From assembly GCA_965215005.1 (NCBI GenBank), contig CBDCCZ010000038.1, positions 96,001 to 160,000 of the forward strand: a stretch of DNA of 64,000 nucleotides, written 5' to 3'. Below, piece after piece: positions 57,961-64,000 of this stretch. The notes beneath the pieces are model-generated. The model was not told the origin of the DNA. It did no database searches and saw nothing but the letters and a program-made list of their open reading frames with translations. Made by a program: the position numbers and the translations under genes. How positions within the stretch are numbered: the first letter of the stretch is position 1; the number at the start of each line of letters is the position of its first letter. This stretch comes from Kofleriaceae bacterium. GTDB taxonomy: Bacteria; Myxococcota_A; Polyangia; Haliangiales; Haliangiaceae.

Positions 57961-59880
57961 ATGCATAAGCTAGTCATCCAAGACGACGAGGGTAAGACCA
58001 CCGTCGTGCCGCTCATCCGCGATGAGATCACCATCGGGCGGAAAGAGGGCAACACCATTCGCCTCACGGAGCGGAATGTTTCGCGTAAGCATGCCCGCAT
58101 CGTTCGCAGCGAAGGCGCGGTCTGCATCGAAGACCTGGAGAGCTACAACGGCGTGCGCGTAAACGGCTCGCGCATTCAGGGCCGCGTCGATCTTTCCGTC
58201 AGTGATCGGGTGCAGATCGGCGACTATCTCATTGAGATCAAGTCCGATGGCGCCGAAGCCGGCGTCGATCCGCACGGCGATCAAAAGACCCAACCAATCG
58301 AGCGCGTCGACCCGATGACGTTGCAGACGCCGAGCAGCAACGGCTCGGGGATGGCGGCGGCGGCATCTGCCGCGGTACCGGCGGTGGCGTCCGCGCCCAA
58401 GCCGGTCGCCAAAGCCGCGGCGCAAGCATTCGAAAAAACCGAGCCACAGCCGCGGTTGGCGCTCGCCGACACCGATCCCGGCGACGCCGCGCCGGCGGAT
58501 CCTGAAGTCGAGCCAGCGGGCAATGCGCGGCTGGTAATTCTTTCCACCAACTTCGCTGGACGCGACTTCGAGCTCACCAAGTCGGCGATGGTCATTGGCC
58601 GCACCGACGAGAATGACATCGTCGTCAACCACCGCTCGATCTCGCGCCATCACGCCAAGGTCGTCCGCGAAAATGGCCGCTACGCCATCGTGGACCTGCA
58701 GTCGTCCAATGGCGTTCGGGTCAATGGCGAGGAATACGGCAAGGTCGAGCTGCGGCGCGGCGACGTGGTCGATCTCGGCCACGTGCGGCTGCGCTTCGTC
58801 GAAGCCGGCGAAGACTTCGTGTTCGGTCGTGATGCGCAGGCGGTGGATATCTCCGGCGGCGGTGGCGGCAAGCGGCTGTTGTGGGCGCTCATCGTGTTGC
58901 TGGTGGTCGGCGGCGCGGTAGGAGTCTTCGTCGTGAGCCGCGAGGGTCTAGACACCGGCGGTACCGTCGGTGACCCCACAGACGCTCCGGCTACCTCGGC
59001 AGGGGTGGGCGAGGAGCTCGATACGACGCCCGCGGCGACCGATCCGGCCGTCGTCGAGCCGCCGACACCGCAGCCCGAAGATTCGCAAGTGCGGGTGCTC
59101 CTCGATCAGGCGTTGGTGCTTCGAGACGCCGAATCGTGGCCCAAGGCCGAGGCAGCGGCCGGCGAGGTGCTCGCGATCGATCCAGATAATGAAGAAGCGA
59201 CGCTGCTCAAGCAGCAAGCGGCGCGGGAAACCGCCAACGAGCAGCGCTTTACGGAGCTGCAGGCGGCGGTGAAAACCAAGCAGTTCATGCGCGTTGCCGA
59301 GCTGTTCGAAGCCATCGATCAAGACTCGGTGTATCGCGACCGGTCGCGCGACATGCACGATCGCCTGCGCGATCAGTACGTGGCCAACACGCTCGTGCAG
59401 GCGAAGCGATTGGTCCGGGCCAAGAAGTGCCGCGAGCTGGCGCAGATGGCGGAGCGCGCCGGTGCGGTATGGGCAGAAGCGGGGCAGGCGGTGGGAATCG
59501 AGGTCGAGGCGTGCCGTGCTGCCGAGGCGCCGCCGGTGCCGCGTCCGCCGCGTCCTCCGCCGCCGGAACCAGCGCCGGTGGATGAGCCGGTCGACGAGCC
59601 AACGGATATCGACGATGGGACCGGCGGAAAGTCGGCCTTGCAGCTCATTGCCGAAGCCGAGCAAGCGGCCAAGGTCGGTCAGTTCGGGCGCGCGTTGCGA
59701 CTGTGCGAGGATGCCCTGCGCAAGCAGCGCGGGCATCAGCAGGCGGTGATGGTGTGCGCCATTGCTGCCTGTAACCTCAAGAATCTCACCAAAGCCAAGC
59801 AGTACTACAACCAGATCCAAGCCTCGTCGCGAAAGAGCATGGCGCGGCAGATCTGTCTGCGAAACAGCGTCAAGCTCTAG
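57961..59880 (+). CDS. Double-FHA membrane protein with helical/TPR-like C-terminal region
   Basis: IGRKEGN...VSRKHA...SYNG and IGRTDEN...ISRHHA...SSNG; one TM; Cys-containing helical repeats; GGAGG SD. Confidence 0.9.
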   Translation: MHKLVIQDDEGKTTVVPLIRDEITIGRKEGNTIRLTERNVSRKHARIVRSEGAVCIEDLESYNGVRVNGSRIQGRVDLSVSDRVQIGDYLIEIKSDGAEAGVDPHGDQKTQPIERVDPMTLQTPSSNGSGMAAAASAAVPAVASAPKPVAKAAAQAFEKTEPQPRLALADTDPGDAAPADPEVEPAGNARLVILSTNFAGRDFELTKSAMVIGRTDENDIVVNHRSISRHHAKVVRENGRYAIVDLQSSNGVRVNGEEYGKVELRRGDVVDLGHVRLRFVEAGEDFVFGRDAQAVDISGGGGGKRLLWALIVLLVVGGAVGVFVVSREGLDTGGTVGDPTDAPATSAGVGEELDTTPAATDPAVVEPPTPQPEDSQVRVLLDQALVLRDAESWPKAEAAAGEVLAIDPDNEEATLLKQQAARETANEQRFTELQAAVKTKQFMRVAELFEAIDQDSVYRDRSRDMHDRLRDQYVANTLVQAKRLVRAKKCRELAQMAERAGAVWAEAGQAVGIEVEACRAAEAPPVPRPPRPPPPEPAPVDEPVDEPTDIDDGTGGKSALQLIAEAEQAAKVGQFGRALRLCEDALRKQRGHQQAVMVCAIAACNLKNLTKAKQYYNQIQASSRKSMARQICLRNSVKL

Positions 59881-60046
59881 GCGCAGCTCTACGAACTTGC
59901 CGCTCCTGGGCCGGCTCGAGGCGCGGTGTCTGAGCGATGTAAATGCGCCCAGAAATTGACGTTTCTGGCGGTTTCGTAGTAACAGAGAGTCTCGCGCTCG
60001 GGCCAGGCTGGCCTCGTTTGCGCGGCTCGTTAGCTTCGGAGGGGAC

Positions 60047-61903
60047 ATGCGCGTGCGCTCATTGGTCATCGCCTGCCTAGCCATCGCCGCGGTCTGCGTC
60101 AGCGCGCCGGTCCATGCGCAAGATGGCGCCAACATCGATCTCAATGCGTTCCGCCCGGCGATGGACTCGCGCGGCTACATCACCGTAAACGCCTCGCAGA
60201 CGTTGGGCAGCGGCGACTTGTCGTTTGGCCTGGTGAGCAACTGGGGACACAAGGTCCTCGAGCTCGAGAACGGCGATAACGAATTCATCGTCTCCGATGT
60301 TTTCACTCCTACGTTGGTGGGAGCGGTGGGTTTGAAGTTGGGGCTCGATTTCGAGCTCGGCATATCGGTGCCGTTCAACTTGGTGTTTGGCGATCGCGAA
60401 CCCGACTTCGACGGCGGGACGGCGGGTCCTAACGCTGCCCGCAACTTCAAGTTCGAAGGCCAGGGCGTCGGTGATATCGGCCTGCACCTCAAGACCCGCT
60501 TTGCCAGTGCCTCCACAAGCCCGCTCGGCATCGCCGTCATCGGCTCGGTGTATCTGCCAACCGCCACCTCCGAAGACGAGTGGCTCGGCAACGCCGGCGT
60601 GGTTCCGCAGGTCATCGGCGTTCTCGACAAAGAAATCGGTCGCCAGGCCAAGCTCAAGGTGGCGCTCAACGGCGGCGTTCGGCTGCGCCTCGAAGAGGTG
60701 GTCTTCGTTGACGACCGCACCGATGCACCGTCGACGGGCGAGCGGGTCGAGGCGCCTTCGCTCACCATTCCGGTCGGTCTCGGCATCGCCTACGCGATCA
60801 AGCCGCAGGTTTTCGACGTGGTCGGCGAGGTTTTCGGCGCCATCCCTACCGACGGTGAAAACTACTTTCCCCTCGAAGCCATCGCCGGCATCAAGGTGTA
60901 CTTGGCGCGCAACTCGTTCCTTAGCCTCGGTGGTGGCCTGGGTCTGATTCCAGAGGGAGAAGCCGGCGCCAACCCCGACTTTCGCGCCTTCTTGGGCATC
61001 GTCTTCGAGCCCAACGTCGCTGATCGCGATGGCGACGGCATTCCCGATAACGAAGATCGCTGTCCCGACGACCCGGAAGATTACGACGACTTCGAAGATG
61101 CCGATGGCTGCCCCGACCCCGACAATGATGGCGACGGCATCCTCGATGTCGACGATCGCTGCCCCAACGAGCCAGAGGACATGGACGGCGACGAAGACGA
61201 AGACGGTTGCCCCGAGGGCGATGCCAATGACCGCGACGGTGACGGCATCCTCGATGATGAAGATCAGTGTCCCGACGACCCCGAAGATCTCGATGGCTTC
61301 GAGGACGAAGACGGCTGCCCCGATCCCGACAACGACGGCGATGGCATCCTGGACGTCGACGACTTATGCCCCGACGATCCCGAGGACTTCGACAAGTGGG
61401 AAGATGAAGACGGCTGTCCCGACCCCGACAACGATCGCGATCGCATCCTCGATGTGGATGATCAATGTCCCAACGAGCCAGAAACCTACAATGGCGTCGA
61501 AGATGAAGACGGCTGCCCCGATCGCGGCCGGGTGGTCGTAACCGACACCAAGATCGAAATCCTCGACAAGATCTACTTCGAGTACAACAGCGCGGTCATC
61601 AAGCGGCAGTCGTATCCAATCCTCGACGCGGTGGCTGCAACGCTTCAGGGCAATCCAGATATCAAGCTGGTCGAGATTCAAGGGCATACCGATTCACGTG
61701 GCTCGGATTCCTACAATCTCAAGCTCTCTGACGAGCGAGCCAAATCAGTGCGCCAGTACCTCATCGACCAGGGCATCAAGGGCAATCGTTTGCAGGCCCA
61801 GGGCTACGGCGAGACGCAGCCTATCGATCCGCGCTCCAACGAGGCCGCTTGGGCCAAGAACCGGCGCGTGGAGTTCCTAATCGTCAAACGCGCCAACGAT
61901 TAG
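60047..61903 (+). CDS. Outer-membrane beta-barrel + thrombospondin type-3 repeats + OmpA domain (TraB-like architecture)
   Basis: Signal peptide; barrel; DxDGDGI.D..D.CP..PED repeats; IYFEYN, IQGHTD, YNLKLSDERA, GYGETQP, NRRVEF. Confidence 0.92.
   Translation: MRVRSLVIACLAIAAVCVSAPVHAQDGANIDLNAFRPAMDSRGYITVNASQTLGSGDLSFGLVSNWGHKVLELENGDNEFIVSDVFTPTLVGAVGLKLGLDFELGISVPFNLVFGDREPDFDGGTAGPNAARNFKFEGQGVGDIGLHLKTRFASASTSPLGIAVIGSVYLPTATSEDEWLGNAGVVPQVIGVLDKEIGRQAKLKVALNGGVRLRLEEVVFVDDRTDAPSTGERVEAPSLTIPVGLGIAYAIKPQVFDVVGEVFGAIPTDGENYFPLEAIAGIKVYLARNSFLSLGGGLGLIPEGEAGANPDFRAFLGIVFEPNVADRDGDGIPDNEDRCPDDPEDYDDFEDADGCPDPDNDGDGILDVDDRCPNEPEDMDGDEDEDGCPEGDANDRDGDGILDDEDQCPDDPEDLDGFEDEDGCPDPDNDGDGILDVDDLCPDDPEDFDKWEDEDGCPDPDNDRDRILDVDDQCPNEPETYNGVEDEDGCPDRGRVVVTDTKIEILDKIYFEYNSAVIKRQSYPILDAVAATLQGNPDIKLVEIQGHTDSRGSDSYNLKLSDERAKSVRQYLIDQGIKGNRLQAQGYGETQPIDPRSNEAAWAKNRRVEFLIVKRAND
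61021..61525 (+). repeat. TSP3 Ca-binding repeat region
   Basis: Recurrent GACGGCTGCCCCGAT/GACGGCATCCTCGA units encoding DGCPD/DGILD. Confidence 0.85.
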
Positions 61904-62045
61904 CTCGCCGCCGCGGGAGTCATAGCTCGGAAATCCGCCGCTCCGTTGCCGGGGCAAGGGCGGCAGATTTCCGCTATGCGAGGCCCCGTCGAGGGTTCCG
62001 CTCGCAAGGGCTGGCAGCCGTGGGCGGAGGGCGTAGGGTAGGGGG

Positions 62046-62261
62046 ATGCGCTTTCCACTAACGGCCGCCCTTCTCGATGAGGCCGCGCGCTACAGCCTGC
62101 GGTCGAGTTGTCAGCACTGCTTCTATTACGTCGCAAGCGAGTCGCGTTGCGCCCATGGCTGGCCCGACGAAGGCCAGCGGCGATGGCCGCTCGATGCTCC
62201 TGACCCAGATGGCACGGTTCCCAGCGACGCCAAGTTCTGTAAAGAATTTGAGCTAGCGTGA
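62046..62261 (+). CDS. Small Cys/His-rich protein
   Basis: SCQHCFYY...RCAHGWP...FCKEFELA; G-rich SD. Confidence 0.6.
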   Translation: MRFPLTAALLDEAARYSLRSSCQHCFYYVASESRCAHGWPDEGQRRWPLDAPDPDGTVPSDAKFCKEFELA

Positions 62262-62445
62262 GCCTGGCCGCGGCGCTGTGAGCTCTTGCATGCGCGGCGA
62301 CAGCGGTGAGCCATCAGCAACCTCGAAGTGCCCAGAACCCGCGCAAAGGGCGTTGAGAAGCAGTTGCAGGGCCGCCCTGGCCCGGTCGCCGACCGCCGAT
62401 AACCGGTCACGACTCACGCGGCGTCCGTGTTAGGTTCGACTCTGC

Positions 62446-62697
62446 ATGGGCCTATTTCGGCTGCTCTTTTGGCTCGCGATTTTCGCCGTGTTGATCTGGC
62501 TTGGCGCCACGGTCGAGCTCGGCCGCAAGACCTTCTTTGAGCATGTGCGAGCGGTGTGGGCCACCGATGAGGCGCGTGAGATGGTCGAGGGCGTCAAAGA
62601 GACCGCTGACCCGGTGAGTAAGCGCGTCCGTCGCGGTGCCGAGGCGGGCTGGGAGGCGGCCACCACCGACGGCGGCGCGTTGGACGCCGCTCCGTGA
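62446..62697 (+). CDS. Small membrane-anchored protein
   Basis: N-terminal TM, VELGRKTFFEH; GTGA overlap with psuG. Confidence 0.7.
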   Translation: MGLFRLLFWLAIFAVLIWLGATVELGRKTFFEHVRAVWATDEAREMVEGVKETADPVSKRVRRGAEAGWEAATTDGGALDAAP

Positions 62698-63611
62698 ACG
62701 CGGCCATCGAAGTCGCCCCGCAGGTGCGCGAGGCGCTTGGCAGCGGCGCCGTCGTCGCGTTGGAGTCGACCATCATCGCTCATGGTTTGCCGTACCCGGC
62801 CAACCTCGAGGTTGCTAGCGCTCTCGAAGCGGCGGTGCGAGACGCCGGAGCGGTGCCTGCCACCATTGCCGTGGTCGCGGGCAAGATTCGCGTCGGGTTG
62901 CCGGAGACCGCGCTCGAGCAGCTGGCGCGCCACGGCGAGCGCTTCGTCAAGTGCGGTGCCGCCGACCTCGCACCGGTCTTGGCGCGCGGCGGCGATGGCG
63001 CGACCACAGTGAGCGCGACCGCCGTCGTGGCGGCACGAGTGGGCATTCGCTTATTCGCGACCGGAGGCATCGGTGGAGTTCATCGCGGCGACGCAGGCGA
63101 CGTCTCGAGCGACTTATCTACCTTGGCGAGGGTGCCGGTCGCCGTGGTTTCCGCCGGCGCCAAGGCGATTCTCGATGTGCCACGTACCGCCGAGATGCTG
63201 GAGTCGCTCGGCGTGTTGCTGCTGGGCTACCGAACCGACGAGCTTCCTGCCTTCTACAGTCGGCGCTCCGGGGTCATGCTGGAGCACCGGGTCGACGATC
63301 CGGCGGCAGCGGCGGCGATGCTGTCGCTTCGCTGGGATGCGCTGGGGCAGGGCGGGGTGCTGCTCGCCAATCCGATTCCGGCGGCGGCGGCGCTCGATGC
63401 GGCGCTCATCGAGAGTGCTATCGATGACGCGCTGAGAGCGGCAGCGGCCGCTTCCGTGCGCGGCAAGGCGCTCACGCCGTTTTTGTTGCAGCGCCTGGCC
63501 GCTGCGACGCGCGGGGAGGCGGTGGCGGCCAATCGCGCGCTGGCCGTGCACAACGCCGAGGTCGCTGGGACCGTGGCGTGTGCATACGCGGCGCTGCGCC
63601 GCGCGGGATAG
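62694..63611 (+). CDS. psuG: Pseudouridine-5'-phosphate glycosidase
   Basis: VVALESTIIAHGLPYP, GATTVSAT, FATGGIGGVHRG, DVSSDL, GAKAILD, GKALTPFLL. Confidence 0.95.
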   Translation: MNAAIEVAPQVREALGSGAVVALESTIIAHGLPYPANLEVASALEAAVRDAGAVPATIAVVAGKIRVGLPETALEQLARHGERFVKCGAADLAPVLARGGDGATTVSATAVVAARVGIRLFATGGIGGVHRGDAGDVSSDLSTLARVPVAVVSAGAKAILDVPRTAEMLESLGVLLLGYRTDELPAFYSRRSGVMLEHRVDDPAAAAAMLSLRWDALGQGGVLLANPIPAAAALDAALIESAIDDALRAAAAASVRGKALTPFLLQRLAAATRGEAVAANRALAVHNAEVAGTVACAYAALRRAG

Positions 63612-63657
63612 CGAATCGGAAGGGGCTGCGCTTGCTGCGCGGCTTCGTGAGCGCGGG

Positions 63658-64000
63658 TCAGGGTGGCGTCGGCCCCGCGTCGGCCCGCTCCACCGCGACC
63701 CGCTGCAGCCTGCCGTGAACGATGCCGCTCGTCGTCGGCACGAAGCGATAGCGCGCCATGGCATGTCCGGGCAGCACGAACGTGAACTCGCGCGCTTCGG
63801 CGCTTTGCTCGCCTTCCCAATACGCGGGGGTCCGGCCGATGATTTCGCCGTCGACCGCGGCAGTCGCGCCCGTTGGGCTCGAACGGAGCGTGAGCGCAAT
63901 CGTTCGCCGTTGCCGGCGCGGCGGCGGGCGCAGCGGCGCGATCGGCGCGCGATATTCGAACTCCACTTCATCTAGATGGAAGCCTTCCGGGAGCTCAGCG
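63658..64000 (-). CDS. PEGA-domain protein, 5' end outside the window
   Basis: LRSSPTGATAAVDGEIIGRTP...LPGH PEGA-like motif. Confidence 0.7.
   Translation of the reverse strand, partial: AELPEGFHLDEVEFEYRAPIAPLRPPPRRQRRTIALTLRSSPTGATAAVDGEIIGRTPAYWEGEQSAEAREFTFVLPGHAMARYRFVPTTSGIVHGRLQRVAVERADAGPTPP

Noticed and set aside
61021..61525. Periodic repeats as a CRISPR or mobile element
   Set aside because: In-frame coding repeats for TSP3 motifs.

Overview
GC-rich bacterial chromosomal window, most likely from a myxobacterium (Myxococcota). This is inferred from a MYXO-CTERM-like sorting signal, a myxobacterial-type FHA protein and PilZ protein, and an OmpA/TSP3 protein. Housekeeping genes: ssb, rseP, uvrC, ftsK, lolA, gpmI, trpS, nrdJ, ftsE/ftsX/envC/ctpA-like and psuG. 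Accessory modules: a dispersed cobalamin cluster (divergent cobT, btuCDF-like ABC importer, NrdR-boxed nrdJ, cobalamin riboswitch ahead of btuB and a BtuG-like lipoprotein); a non-chemotactic CheR-PAS / hybrid kinase / CheB module that brackets a type I secretion-like operon whose ABC lacks a Walker A motif; and a matrixin that looks like a two-protein polyprotein. The best candidate for an undescribed system is a three-gene operon at 10982-15691: an Npt1/TLC-type nucleotide translocase, an Omp85 barrel with no recognisable POTRA domains, and a lipoprotein with HipA/PI3K-like kinase motifs, suggesting ATP supply to an extracytoplasmic kinase. Many genes have a -10 element 6-8 nt before the start codon (leaderless-type). 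Six single-base insertions at 22080-24516 are probably sequencing errors. No rRNA, tRNA, CRISPR array, transposase or integrase was recognised. All calls come from reading motifs by eye; no database searches were run.
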